Notes: a model not told the origin generated them from the letters alone. A stretch of 64,000 bases of DNA from Minisyncoccota bacterium (GCA_031291955.1 JARLIA010000013.1:21512-85511), one strand, 5' to 3'; positions 50,230 to 60,413 are shown, counted from the stretch's first letter. Translations and numbers: made by a program.

Positions 50230-50258
50230 AGTATAGCAGAATGACACAGCAATGTCAA
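50230..50258 (-). promoter_or_regulatory. Near-consensus sigma70 promoter pointing back toward the NYN gene
   Basis: TTGACA (50258-53), 17-bp spacer, TATACT (50235-30) preceded by TGC. Confidence 0.7.
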
Positions 50259-50303
50259 ACACCGTACTCATTTCTAATACTTTTAACAAGAGGAGATATT
50301 TCA

Positions 50304-50462
50304 ATGAAAAAACCCACTTGCCAAACCGGCCTCAAGAAAAACGTGATTTCCAAAACCGTCTTTGAGCGGGAAATAAAATTGTGCCAGAAGCTGAATAGCG
50401 AATTAAAAAAATATTATGTCAACTCCTCTCATCATTGTCCAAAACTTGTGCAAGACTTATGA
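50304..50462 (+). CDS. Small ORF, possibly a gene remnant
   Basis: AGAGGAG RBS; MKKPTCQTGLKKN...; 3' end overlaps the ABC ATPase out of frame. Confidence 0.35.
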   Translation: MKKPTCQTGLKKNVISKTVFEREIKLCQKLNSELKKYYVNSSHHCPKLVQDL

Positions 50463-51144
50463 CTCCGAAGGCGTGAAGACGACCGTGCTTTGCGGCGCGG
50501 ATTTTACTGTGGCGAAAGGCGAGTTCATTTCGATCATGGGCCCAAGCGGGAGCGGGAAATCGACGCTTATGCAGATTTTGGGACTGCTTGATCGGCCGAG
50601 CGATGGAAAATATCTTTTTGAAGGCGAGGATACGACCAACTTCGGAGACGACAAGCTGGCCAATTTCCGGAACAGAAAAATCGGTTTCGTTTTTCAGTCA
50701 TTCAATCTCTTGCCGCGAACGACAGTTTATGAAAATGTCGAATTGCCTTTGCTCTATGACAGCAAGTCTGGCCGGGATAATAAAAATAAAGTTTTGGCGG
50801 CGCTTTCTTCGGTCGAGATGAGTCATCGCGAAAAATATTTTTCCAACCAATTGTCCGGCGGCGAGAAACAAAGAGTGGCCATTGCCCGTGCACTTGTCAA
50901 TAATCCGGACGTCATTTTCGCCGACGAGCCGACCGGCAACCTTGATTCAAAATCAGGTTTGCAAGTCATGAAAATTCTCCAACATTTGAACAATGAAGGC
51001 CACACCGTCATTCTCGTCACGCATGAAACCTACACCGCCGAACACGCCAAGCGAATCCTTCAAATGAAAGACGGTCACATCGTTGGCGATGAACCGGTCA
51101 AAAATCGAAGAATCGCAGGGGATGGGGAGAAGTTCCTGAAGTAA
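50416..51144 (+). CDS. MacB/LolD-family ABC transporter ATP-binding protein
   Basis: [25 protein letters not shown]. Confidence 0.95.
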   Translation: MSTPLIIVQNLCKTYDSEGVKTTVLCGADFTVAKGEFISIMGPSGSGKSTLMQILGLLDRPSDGKYLFEGEDTTNFGDDKLANFRNRKIGFVFQSFNLLPRTTVYENVELPLLYDSKSGRDNKNKVLAALSSVEMSHREKYFSNQLSGGEKQRVAIARALVNNPDVIFADEPTGNLDSKSGLQVMKILQHLNNEGHTVILVTHETYTAEHAKRILQMKDGHIVGDEPVKNRRIAGDGEKFLK

Positions 51145-51167
51145 ATTTTAAAGGCTAAATTTTCAGC

Positions 51168-52415
51168 ATGAAACTCACCGCCCCTCTCAAAATTTCCTAT
51201 CGAAATCTCATGGCGGCCAAGTTCCGCTCTTTTTTGACAGTGCTTGGAATAATCATTGGGGTGGCGGCGGTGATCATTATTATGGCCATCGGACAGTCGG
51301 CCCAGGCGCTTATTCTTGATCAAGTTTCGGGCGTCGGCTCGAATCTGATAGGCGTGCTTCCGGGCGCGTCGTCCAGCAACGGGCCCCCGGCCGCCGCCAT
51401 GGGTATCGTCATTACGACCCTGACTTACGATGATTTTTTGGCGCTGACCGACGGCCGGAATGTGTCGGAAGTGTCGGTTGGGGCGGGCTATGTCATGGGC
51501 ACCCAGACGGCCAGCTGGAACGGAACGGACCTCACCTCTTCTTTTGTCGGAACGACCGCTAACTACCCGGAAGTGGAAGATACTTCGGTCGCTTCCGGTC
51601 GCTTTTTCACGCATGATGAAGAAACGAATATGGGCCGGGTGGCGGTGGTCGGATCTAATCTGGTTCAGGATCTTTTCGGCGGCGCGAGTCCGCTCGGGAA
51701 AACCATAAAAATCAAGGACCAGAATTTTACCGTCATCGGCGTGCTGGCTAAGCGCGGTTCGTCCGGCTTTGGCGTTTCCAGTCAGGACGACTCGATTTAT
51801 ATTCCGGTGATAACCGCCCAAAAATTGATCTTGGGCACTAACTATCTCGGCTTTATCCGTTTGAAAGCCAAAGACCCGAGCGTTATTCCCGAGGCAATGG
51901 CCGATATCACGACCACTCTGCGCGAGCGCCATCACATCAATGATCCGTCCAACGACGATTTTTCCGTTCGCGACCAAGCTTCGGCGATGACTACCATAAA
52001 GCAGGTGACCGATGTGCTGCGTTATTTTCTTTTAGCCATCGGCACCATCTCGCTGATTGTCGGCGGAGTGGGCATTATGAACATTATGCTGATCGCCGTG
52101 ACGCAACGGATCCGCGAAGTGGGACTCCGAAAAGCGGTTGGCGCCAAAAACTCCGACGTCCAAACGCAGTTTTTGATCGAGTCGGTTTTCATTTCGCTTC
52201 TTGGTGGCATAATCGGTATCGTGATCGGAGTTGTGGTTTCATTTCTGGTGTCCGTGGTCGCTCAAGCGCTTAGTTACTCCTGGCCGTTTCTCGTTTCTTG
52301 GCAGTCAATCGTTGTGGCAACATTAGTGTCGATGGCCATTGGAATTGTTTTCGGACTATATCCTGCCCGCAAAGCTTCGCGCATTTCTCCAATGGAAGCG
52401 CTAAGATACGAATAA
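51168..52415 (+). CDS. MacB-family ABC permease
   Basis: RSFLTVLGIIIGV, GGVGIMNIM, EVGLRKAVGA, PMEALRYE. Confidence 0.93.
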   Translation: MKLTAPLKISYRNLMAAKFRSFLTVLGIIIGVAAVIIIMAIGQSAQALILDQVSGVGSNLIGVLPGASSSNGPPAAAMGIVITTLTYDDFLALTDGRNVSEVSVGAGYVMGTQTASWNGTDLTSSFVGTTANYPEVEDTSVASGRFFTHDEETNMGRVAVVGSNLVQDLFGGASPLGKTIKIKDQNFTVIGVLAKRGSSGFGVSSQDDSIYIPVITAQKLILGTNYLGFIRLKAKDPSVIPEAMADITTTLRERHHINDPSNDDFSVRDQASAMTTIKQVTDVLRYFLLAIGTISLIVGGVGIMNIMLIAVTQRIREVGLRKAVGAKNSDVQTQFLIESVFISLLGGIIGIVIGVVVSFLVSVVAQALSYSWPFLVSWQSIVVATLVSMAIGIVFGLYPARKASRISPMEALRYE

Positions 52416-52441
52416 TCATTTTAACGTGCTAATATGCTAAA

Positions 52442-53698
52442 ATGCTCCACGAACTAATCATCCCAATTAAATTAGCAGCCAGAAGCATCCGTTCCAACCT
52501 CGGTCGGACGGCGGTTTCCCTTCTTGGCATTGTCATCGGCGTGGCGTCGGTGATTTTAGTGCTGGCTTTTGGCAGCGGGGTGAAAGGATATATTGTCAGT
52601 CAGGTGTCTTCTTTCGGGACGGATATCATGGAAATCGAAGTTAAAGTTCCCAAAGTTAACAAAATGTCGGCGGCTAACGCGGCCGGACAAGTTGGCGGCA
52701 CCCAAATCACTACTTTCAAGTTGAAAGACGCCGAAGCGGTCGGAAAACTTCCGAATGTTAGCGCTTGGTATGCCATGATTATCAGCCAGCAGATCGTGAG
52801 CTACCAGAACAAGAATAAACAGACGATGCTTCTGGGGGTGACGCCCGGAGTGACGGACGTCGACCAGCAAACGATCGTGGCTGACGGAACTATGTTTTCC
52901 GAGTCCGACGATTCCGGTCTTCAGCAGGTGGCTGTTCTCGGGTCGGAAGTCAAGACTGATTTCTTTGGTGATCAGGAGGCGGTCGGACAGAATATAAAAG
53001 TTAAAGGTCAGACCTATCGCGTGATCGGAGTTTTGGCGCCACGCGGCGGAGCTGGCATGTTTAATTTCGACAATACCGTCTATTTGCCGCTCCAGACGAT
53101 GCAGAAAAAATTGTCCGGTATGGACTATATCCAATCAGCTATCTTTAAGTTGAAGGATATGGAGCTGCTTGACCTCACGCTTCTGCAGGCGACCGACATC
53201 ATGCGCGGCCAGCACCATATCAACAATCCGGACGACGACGATTTCGCCGTCAATTCCATACAAGAAGTTCTGGATATTCTCAATAATGTTTTTCTCTACG
53301 TCAATATTCTTTTGGTGGCGCTCACGTCCATTTCGCTCATCGTCGGCGGAGTGGGGATTATGAACGTGATGTATGTTACCGTCACCGAGCGGACGTTCGA
53401 GATCGGTCTCAAAAAAGCCATCGGTGCTAAAAACGGCAATATACTGGCCCAGTTTCTTTTTGAAGCCGTTTTCATTACGCTCCTTGGCGGGATCATCGGT
53501 CTTGTGATCGGTTTTGTCATCGCCCAGGTCGGACAAATTGCCGTCGCCCGTTTCGGTTTCGCGCTGACTTTTCCGGTTACTTGGTCGGCCGCCGCTATCG
53601 GCATCGGATTTTCGGCCGCCGCGGGAATTGTTTTTGGATATTTTCCCGCCCGCCAGGCTTCACGCCTGACACCGATTGAGGCCTTGCGGAAGGAATGA
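52442..53698 (+). CDS. MacB-family ABC permease (paralog)
   Basis: LGIVIGV, GGVGIMNVM, EIGLKKAIGA, PIEALRKE. Confidence 0.93.
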   Translation: MLHELIIPIKLAARSIRSNLGRTAVSLLGIVIGVASVILVLAFGSGVKGYIVSQVSSFGTDIMEIEVKVPKVNKMSAANAAGQVGGTQITTFKLKDAEAVGKLPNVSAWYAMIISQQIVSYQNKNKQTMLLGVTPGVTDVDQQTIVADGTMFSESDDSGLQQVAVLGSEVKTDFFGDQEAVGQNIKVKGQTYRVIGVLAPRGGAGMFNFDNTVYLPLQTMQKKLSGMDYIQSAIFKLKDMELLDLTLLQATDIMRGQHHINNPDDDDFAVNSIQEVLDILNNVFLYVNILLVALTSISLIVGGVGIMNVMYVTVTERTFEIGLKKAIGAKNGNILAQFLFEAVFITLLGGIIGLVIGFVIAQVGQIAVARFGFALTFPVTWSAAAIGIGFSAAAGIVFGYFPARQASRLTPIEALRKE

Positions 53699-53700
53699 TG

Positions 53701-53730
53701 TACGTAATCTATTACGTAATTAATTACGTA
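53701..53730. repeat. Three TACGTA units at 12-bp spacing, including an 18-bp perfect palindrome
   Basis: TACGTAATCTAT-TACGTAATTAAT-TACGTA. Confidence 0.75.
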
Positions 53731-53743
53731 CCCAATAAATAAC

Positions 53744-53772
53744 TTGCTTTTTGGTTTGGCTTTGGTTAGAGT
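53744..53772 (+). promoter_or_regulatory. Sigma70-type promoter of purM
   Basis: TTGCTT, 17-bp spacer, TAGAGT. Confidence 0.5.
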
Positions 53773-53857
53773 AGGGAAAAGCAAATGGTCGGACGGCCTT
53801 TGTTAGAGGAGGGCTGTTCTTTTGAATTGAATATTTCAGCAAACAGGAGGACGTGAC

Positions 53858-54964
53858 ATGACAACTTACCAATCAGCAGGAGTAGATATCGACGCCGGAG
53901 ATCAGTTTGCAAGGATGATCAAGGAAAGGGTTAAAGCTGCTTGGCCGGAATGCGGAGAGGAGATAGGCGGTTTTGCTGGCGGAGGACCCATTCCCCAGGG
54001 AGCCAAGGAGGTCAAAGCTTCGATGGACGGCACTGGTACCGTGGCCTTGATCGCGGCCTTGTCAGAAACCTATCATAGCATCGGGTTCAATCTTGTGGGG
54101 ATGTGCGCCGTAGATACTTACGTGGATGGTGGACGACCTTTGTATTTTATGGATACTTTGGGAGTCGCCCAGCTCATTCCCGATTTGCACATTCAGATAA
54201 TCGATAGCATCATCGAAGCCTGCAAGAAAGCCGGATGCAAGCTGATTGGCGGAGAAACAGCGGAGTTGCCGGATATGTACAAGGCCGACTGGGTTTTTAA
54301 TCTCGATGGAGCCGTCATTGGCTTTCCTGATCCGGATCTATGTTACGCGCCTGTCCGGCCTGGCCAGAAAGTATATGGGTGGCTGTCATATGGACCAGGG
54401 TCAAATGGATTCTCATTGCTGAGAAAGGTTCATAATCTTAAAGCCGAGGAAGGCTTCTGGTATCATATTCGGAAAGCTTTCGGCTTGACTGACATGAGCT
54501 TGGATAAAGTCATTGAGAATTTAAGTATCCCTCGGTGGGAACTTAATGGCAGAGCGTTGTCTGAGGATCTCCTTGTGCCAACTCCCATCTGGATACCGGA
54601 AATCGAAGCCCAGCGTAAACGCGGTGTCGTGTTCGCCGGACATGCTCACATTACCGGCGGAGGAATGCCTGGAAATATTCCTCGTATTCTGCCGAATGAT
54701 TGCAAAGTGGTTATCGACCGAGGCACCTGGACGCGCCCGGCCATTTTCCGATACACACAGGATATCGGCGATATCAATTTTTACGAAATGGACAAAACAT
54801 TCAACCAGGGAATCATGGTTGTATCCATTGTTGATCCCAGCGGCCCCCTTCCGGACGATTCAAATATCGTTGAAATCGGGACGGTGGAAAAAAGATTGGT
54901 AATCCCGCCGGGACTGCGGGAAATCAATCAGGTTCAGTTCATCGGCAAGCACCGGGAAGAATAA
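53858..54964 (+). CDS. purM: AIR synthase (PurM), divergent
   Basis: Y..AGVDID.G, DGTGT, GGETAELP, SNGFSL.RK, HITGGG..GN.PR, TFNQGI. Confidence 0.88.
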   Translation: MTTYQSAGVDIDAGDQFARMIKERVKAAWPECGEEIGGFAGGGPIPQGAKEVKASMDGTGTVALIAALSETYHSIGFNLVGMCAVDTYVDGGRPLYFMDTLGVAQLIPDLHIQIIDSIIEACKKAGCKLIGGETAELPDMYKADWVFNLDGAVIGFPDPDLCYAPVRPGQKVYGWLSYGPGSNGFSLLRKVHNLKAEEGFWYHIRKAFGLTDMSLDKVIENLSIPRWELNGRALSEDLLVPTPIWIPEIEAQRKRGVVFAGHAHITGGGMPGNIPRILPNDCKVVIDRGTWTRPAIFRYTQDIGDINFYEMDKTFNQGIMVVSIVDPSGPLPDDSNIVEIGTVEKRLVIPPGLREINQVQFIGKHREE

Positions 54965-54977
54965 AAGGAGAGGTGAA

Positions 54978-55526
54978 ATGCAAGTAGATGATAAGAAAGA
55001 CGTTATTCTGCCTGGGACTGTCGTGCTTCAGTATGTGAATGATGATGAGACTTGGGCAGCTATTGTCGTCGGAGATCACATGAAGTGCCGGCTGGATAAT
55101 GCGCAACAAGAAAAATTTGAAAACCGTCCAGATGAGTACCATATCTGCCTTATTTTGGGGATTTTCCTGGGGTATAATAAAACTTGGTCAATCTTTAGCA
55201 GAGAGGATGATCTGGATTATCTCTTCCCGAATTATCGGCTTGAAAGAAGAGGAAAGGCCACCCCGATTGATCTGGCTGAAGAAATACAGCTATTTAAAAT
55301 CCATCAGGCTAAAAGTTGCTTCCGGGGATTACAGGCCTTTGTCAATCTTCGTAACGCAGTGTTCGGTTTTTCCGCAAAACGAGCGGAAGTGCTTAATTTG
55401 GTGGGGCTTTGCCAACATTTTTCTGCTGGCGGCACGTATGAAAATAGGCCAGGATGGATCAATCTTTATGAGGAAGATGCGAGAAAATTCCTGACCGAAT
55501 TACAGAAGGCAATTCCGAAAGAGTGA
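54978..55526 (+). CDS. Hypothetical protein
   Basis: AAGGAGAGGTGA RBS-like site; 182-aa ORF directly after purM. Confidence 0.6.
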   Translation: MQVDDKKDVILPGTVVLQYVNDDETWAAIVVGDHMKCRLDNAQQEKFENRPDEYHICLILGIFLGYNKTWSIFSREDDLDYLFPNYRLERRGKATPIDLAEEIQLFKIHQAKSCFRGLQAFVNLRNAVFGFSAKRAEVLNLVGLCQHFSAGGTYENRPGWINLYEEDARKFLTELQKAIPKE

Positions 55527-55696
55527 TTATTTTTCTGGTTTTCTTTTGGGAAAGGGTTCGATTGCAAGCAGTCGAATCCTTTTTTATTACGCCACATCTC
55601 GAAAATCCCGCAAGATTGCGTGATTTTCGAGATGTGCTACTCTTTTATAAACGACAATTGTCAGCAAACTTTTTAAAATTAATCAATCTAACTTCT

Positions 55697-56140
55697 ATGA
55701 ATGACGAAATGAAGGCGGAAGAAATTTCGGATGAAACTTCCATCAAGGAGGCGGAGATCATAAAAGAAATCAACATGGAAAACGATTTGGCGGACGACGC
55801 GGGCGGCGAGGCGCCGAAAAAGCGCCGGCACCGGTTTGATTTTTATATCGAACTGGCTTTGTTTTTGATTCTCGGCGCTTTGGTCGGCATTTCCGTGAAA
55901 ACTGAGGCGGCCAAGCGGATCACCATCGGTTTTGACGACTATAAAATGAAAATCGAACGACAGGATTATGACATCAACCAGCTCCAGACCAATTTGGATG
56001 CCCAGCAGGCCGCGGCTCAAGCTGCTCAAGAAAACGCCGGCGCTCAGCAAGGCGACGGGCAAGTCAATCAAGGTCAGGGTCAGAACGCGCAGCCTACTCC
56101 GTCCACGGGCAACAGTCAGCCGGATGGACAGGGAAATTAG
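55697..56140 (+). CDS. Single-TM hypothetical protein with Gln-rich tail
   Basis: ELALF.ILG..K.EA.KRITIGFDDY; ATG 55697. Confidence 0.7.
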   Translation: MNDEMKAEEISDETSIKEAEIIKEINMENDLADDAGGEAPKKRRHRFDFYIELALFLILGALVGISVKTEAAKRITIGFDDYKMKIERQDYDINQLQTNLDAQQAAAQAAQENAGAQQGDGQVNQGQGQNAQPTPSTGNSQPDGQGN

Positions 56141-56182
56141 GGATAATTTTTATAAGCGATAAATAATTTTAACTTTATACGT

Positions 56183-57376
56183 ATGGAAGAGAACATGAAT
56201 AAAGATTCCGTCCAAGAAGCAGAAGTGGGAAAAGTCCAAGCGGAGAATGTTTCGGCATCAAGCGAGAATTCCACGAGTGATGTGTCGGAGATGAATAAGA
56301 ATGAAGACATTAATGAAGCGAAAGAAACGGAAAAAGAAGAATGTGCCGGATGCCGTGATTATAAAAAGGACAAAAAGATCAAAAACCTGATTTCCTTGGC
56401 TATCCTCCTGGCCGGACTTTTCGCGGGCAGTTTGTTCGTGGATGTGGCTCAGATGGTGAAGGGAAGCGGCTATTCTCAGAAAAATCTCAACAAGTCTGAA
56501 ATCTTTGAAGCGGACGGCAAGACTTGGGTGGCTTACTCCGACCCGGCCGTGCCAGTCTCGGTCATTAGCGATGATAAATGCACCGCTTGCGACCCGAGTC
56601 AGGCCATTGTGTGGCTCAGGCGTGTTCTGCCAACGGTCAGTACTGCTAAAATTAATTATGACTCATCTGAAGGCAAGCAACTTATTTCCGAATTCGGCAT
56701 CAAAACTTTACCAGCCTTCGTTTTTGGCGGCGATCTGACCAAGACTGATTTCTACTCCCAGGCTAAAGTGCTCTTTAGTGAAAAAAACGGCCAATATGTC
56801 ATGGACACTAACCAATTAGGTCTCCCGCCAGGAAAATATCTGGCCACCCCAACCGTTGACCAAAGTGACGCCACTTTCGGTAACCCGAACGCTAAGGTAA
56901 AAATGATTGTTTTCTCGGATTTCCAATGTCCTTATTGCAAAATATTCTATTCGACTTTGCGTGACACGATGAAGACTTATCAAAATCAGGTTTTCTTCGA
57001 CTTTAAAGAATTCCCGCTTTCCATCCATCCGCAGGCCAACGACGCGGCGCTGGCTAGTCAGTGCGCTCTTGCCCAGGGTAAGTTTTGGGAATATGCCGAT
57101 AAGCTTTATACTTCACAATCCGATTGGGGCAATTCCAGCGATATTACTAATCTCAAGACTTATGCCCAAGGGTTGGGCCTCAACACGACCCAGTTCAATC
57201 AGTGCTTGGACAGTAAAAAATATCAAAGCAAAATTGACGCTGACACGAAAGAAGCCACCGATCTCGGTCTTTCCGGCACGCCCTCGATATTCATAAACGA
57301 TACTTTCGAATCAGGCGTAGTCAGTGCGGATCAACTGAAAACTGACATTGAGACACAGCTAAAAAATAGCAAATAA
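56183..57376 (+). CDS. DsbA-family thiol-disulfide oxidoreductase with two thioredoxin-like domains
   Basis: SDFQCPYC, FPL..HP.A, GTPS; additional CTAC in the first domain; TM anchor. Confidence 0.9.
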   Translation: MEENMNKDSVQEAEVGKVQAENVSASSENSTSDVSEMNKNEDINEAKETEKEECAGCRDYKKDKKIKNLISLAILLAGLFAGSLFVDVAQMVKGSGYSQKNLNKSEIFEADGKTWVAYSDPAVPVSVISDDKCTACDPSQAIVWLRRVLPTVSTAKINYDSSEGKQLISEFGIKTLPAFVFGGDLTKTDFYSQAKVLFSEKNGQYVMDTNQLGLPPGKYLATPTVDQSDATFGNPNAKVKMIVFSDFQCPYCKIFYSTLRDTMKTYQNQVFFDFKEFPLSIHPQANDAALASQCALAQGKFWEYADKLYTSQSDWGNSSDITNLKTYAQGLGLNTTQFNQCLDSKKYQSKIDADTKEATDLGLSGTPSIFINDTFESGVVSADQLKTDIETQLKNSK

Positions 57377-57474
57377 AGGGGAAAGATAAAGATTTTAACG
57401 AAGGAGACCGGCGAAAGTTGGTCTCTTTTTTGTTTTTGTGCTACACTTTTATAAGATGAAAGTCTGACAAATTT

Positions 57475-58062
57475 ATGAAATATCACAAAGACATTTTCGA
57501 AATTATTTTTTTCGCTCGCGGTGGACAGGGCGCCAAAACGGCGGCCGAAATCATCGCCCAAGCGGCGACCGGCGAAGGAAAATTCGTTCAGGCTTTCCCT
57601 AATTTCGGACCGGAGCGCTCCGGCGCGCCAACGAAAACTTATTTGCGTCTGAGTGATTCACCGATCCGCACACATGAGCCAGTTATTGATCCGGATGTGG
57701 TAGTGGTTTTGGATGACACGCTTATCGACAGTCAGGACGTCACGTTCAATCTCGACAAAAAAGAAGCGCTCGTCATAAACACGACCATGTCTGAACATGA
57801 AATCCGGGAAAAGATTGTGAATATCTCCAAGGCGGCATACGAAGGTCAGATTTACGCGGTGGACGCGAGCGGAATTTCGCTGGAGGTTGTCGGCCAGCCC
57901 CGGCCGAACACGGTGATTCTCGGTAAATTTATTCAAGTAACGGAAGCAGTGAAGTTGGAAAGCGTTATTTTAGAATTTCGCAAAATTTTTGAAGCGAAGA
58001 TTGGGAAAGAGAATTGTGAGAAAAATGTTTTGGCCATAGAAAAAGCGTACGATACGATATAA
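57475..58062 (+). CDS. porC: Pyruvate/2-oxoacid:ferredoxin oxidoreductase gamma subunit
   Basis: RGGQGAKT, FGPERSGAP, PNTVILG. Confidence 0.92.
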   Translation: MKYHKDIFEIIFFARGGQGAKTAAEIIAQAATGEGKFVQAFPNFGPERSGAPTKTYLRLSDSPIRTHEPVIDPDVVVVLDDTLIDSQDVTFNLDKKEALVINTTMSEHEIREKIVNISKAAYEGQIYAVDASGISLEVVGQPRPNTVILGKFIQVTEAVKLESVILEFRKIFEAKIGKENCEKNVLAIEKAYDTI

Positions 58063-58078
58063 ATTATAATTTTGAATT

Positions 58079-58324
58079 ATGGAACACGGCGCGGTTATAA
58101 AACACGATCTAAAGAAAGGTCCCAAGACGGGAGCTTGGCGGTATATGCATCCGGAAGTCGATAAGTCCAAGTGTATCGGCTGTTCGACGTGTGTGCCGTT
58201 TTGCCCGGAAGCGTCTATTGAGATGAAAGACAAAAAAGCGGAAATTGATTATGACTATTGCAAGGGTTGCGGCGTCTGCGCGGAAGTTTGTCCAGTGAAA
58301 GCGATTTTGATGAAGAAAAAATAA
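58079..58324 (+). CDS. porD: Pyruvate:ferredoxin oxidoreductase delta subunit (2x[4Fe-4S])
   Basis: KTGAWR, CIGCSTC...CP, YDYCKGCGVCAEVCP. Confidence 0.93.
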   Translation: MEHGAVIKHDLKKGPKTGAWRYMHPEVDKSKCIGCSTCVPFCPEASIEMKDKKAEIDYDYCKGCGVCAEVCPVKAILMKKK

Positions 58325-58339
58325 TTGACATGAGATAAT

Positions 58340-59488
58340 ATGATAAATAAGACTTATAAAAAATTAGCGTTAACCGGTGGGGCGGCAGCAGCGGAGGCTC
58401 TTCGGCAGATTGAGCCGGAGGTGATGCCGATTTATCCAATCACCCCCCAGACGCCGATCATTGAGACTTACGCCAAGTTCCAGGCGGACGGAATGGTCGA
58501 CACGGAAATAATAAAAGTCGAATCGGAACATAGCGCGATGTCGGCGGCAGTGGGAGCCAGCGTGGCCGGAGCGAGAACAGTGACGGCGACGAGTTCGCAG
58601 GGGCTGGCGCTCATGAATGAAGTTCTTTATATCGCCAGCGGTTTGCGTCTCCCGATTCTTATGGTCGTTTCTGCCCGGGCTTTGTCCGCGCCGATCAACA
58701 TTCATGGTGATCATCTGGACGTCATGGGCGCGCGGGATGCCGGTTGGCTGCAACTTTTTTCGGAGAACGCCCAAGAAGTTTATGATAAAACCATTATTGG
58801 CATGAAGTTGGCCGAAAAAGTGAATCTGCCAATCATGGTCATCATGGACGGTTTCAATACTTCCCATTCGGTGGAAAACTTGGAAACACTGGAAACGGAA
58901 GTGGTCAAAAAATTTGTCGGCGAACGCGAGGCAATAAATCCCTTACTGGATACATCCAATCCTGTTAGTTACGGTCCTGTGGCGCTTCAGAATTCCTATT
59001 TTGAATTTAGGATCGACCAGGAAAAAGCTACTTTGGACGCTAAAGAAGAATATGAAAAAATTGCCAAAGATTATGAAAAAATCAGCGGCCGACATTACGC
59101 TCTCTTTGAAGAATATCGCACTGAGGATGCCGAAAAAATCCTGGTGCTGACCGGCAGCGCGGCCGGGACAGCCAAAGTAGTAGTGGATCATCTGTGCGAT
59201 AAAGGCGAAAAAGTCGGCATATTAAAAATTAATTTATTCCGGCCATTTCCGCACGAAGAAATCGCGGCGGTGTTAAAAAACGCCCAAGAAATTATCGTTA
59301 TGGATCGGGCTCAATCCATCGGCACTAAGCCGCCTTTCTATACGGAAATAATAAGCAGTCTATATCAAGCCGGGGAAGCGAAAGACGTTAAATCTTATGT
59401 TTACGGTTTGGGTGGCCGGGATATTTTCCAAAAACAAATCGAGGATGTTTTTATGGGGAAAGTCGATGGCCAATATTTAAACAAATAA
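58340..59488 (+). CDS. porA: Pyruvate:ferredoxin oxidoreductase alpha subunit
   Basis: YPITPQT, VESEHSA, TATSSQGL, FRPFP, GLGGRD. Confidence 0.95.
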   Translation: MINKTYKKLALTGGAAAAEALRQIEPEVMPIYPITPQTPIIETYAKFQADGMVDTEIIKVESEHSAMSAAVGASVAGARTVTATSSQGLALMNEVLYIASGLRLPILMVVSARALSAPINIHGDHLDVMGARDAGWLQLFSENAQEVYDKTIIGMKLAEKVNLPIMVIMDGFNTSHSVENLETLETEVVKKFVGEREAINPLLDTSNPVSYGPVALQNSYFEFRIDQEKATLDAKEEYEKIAKDYEKISGRHYALFEEYRTEDAEKILVLTGSAAGTAKVVVDHLCDKGEKVGILKINLFRPFPHEEIAAVLKNAQEIIVMDRAQSIGTKPPFYTEIISSLYQAGEAKDVKSYVYGLGGRDIFQKQIEDVFMGKVDGQYLNK

Positions 59489-59495
59489 ACCTTTT

Positions 59496-60413
59496 ATGAA
59501 CGAGCAATTAGCAAAAAATTTCGCGCCCGGGCACTCCGCTTGCGCGGGCTGCGCCTTTCCGGCCATCGTGCGGGCGGTCTTGGGTGAGGTGGCGGACGGG
59601 ACGGAAATTGTTGTCGCCAACGCGACCGGGTGTCTCGAAGTGACTTCCACCCTTTATCCCTACACTGCCTGGAAGATTCCCTGGATCCACAACGCTTTTG
59701 AAAACGCGGCGGCGACGCTCTCTGGCGTGGAAAAGGCTTATGAAATTTTGAAACGCAAGAAAAAATTGCCTGGTGGGGACAAAAAAATAAAATTTGTGGC
59801 TTTTGGCGGTGATGGTGGCACGTATGACATTGGACTGCAATCTCTTTCCGGAGCGCTTGAACGTGGTCACAATTTTCTCTATGTCCTTTATGACAACGAA
59901 GGCTACATGAACACCGGTAACCAACGCTCGTCCGCTACGCCCTTTGGCGCCGCCACTGAAACGACGCCGACCGGCAAAGTCTCGTTTGGAAAAACCGAAG
60001 TCCGGAAGAATCTGATGGACATCGTGGCCGCCCATCACATTCCGTACGTGGCTCAAGCGAACGTGGCGTTTATGGCTGATCTCAAAAGAAAAGCCAAAAA
60101 AGCCTTGTCCATTGATGGTCCGACTTTCCTTTCCGTCTTTTCTCCTTGCACTAACAACTGGAAATTTCCGACTTCCCAATATGTTAACATCGCGAAACTC
60201 GCGACCGAAACCAATTTCTGGCCGCTCTATGAGATTGAAAACGGGAAATACAAAATCAACTGGGCGACGGAAAAACCCAAAAGTCTGACTGATTTTTTGA
60301 AAACTCAAGGACGCTTCAAGCACTTGTTTTCTGAAAAAAACAAGGATGTGATCGAAGAGATGCAAAAGATTACGGATGACGAGTGGAAACGCCTGGTGGG
60401 CTTGGTGGAGTGA
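59496..60413 (+). CDS. porB: Pyruvate:ferredoxin oxidoreductase beta subunit
   Basis: GH.ACAGC, ATGC, GDG...DIG, DNEGYMNTG.Q.S TPP motif. Confidence 0.95.
   Translation: MNEQLAKNFAPGHSACAGCAFPAIVRAVLGEVADGTEIVVANATGCLEVTSTLYPYTAWKIPWIHNAFENAAATLSGVEKAYEILKRKKKLPGGDKKIKFVAFGGDGGTYDIGLQSLSGALERGHNFLYVLYDNEGYMNTGNQRSSATPFGAATETTPTGKVSFGKTEVRKNLMDIVAAHHIPYVAQANVAFMADLKRKAKKALSIDGPTFLSVFSPCTNNWKFPTSQYVNIAKLATETNFWPLYEIENGKYKINWATEKPKSLTDFLKTQGRFKHLFSEKNKDVIEEMQKITDDEWKRLVGLVE

Noticed and set aside
53775-53857. Purine or ZTP riboswitch upstream of purM
   Set aside because: No match to the conserved cores that I can recognise
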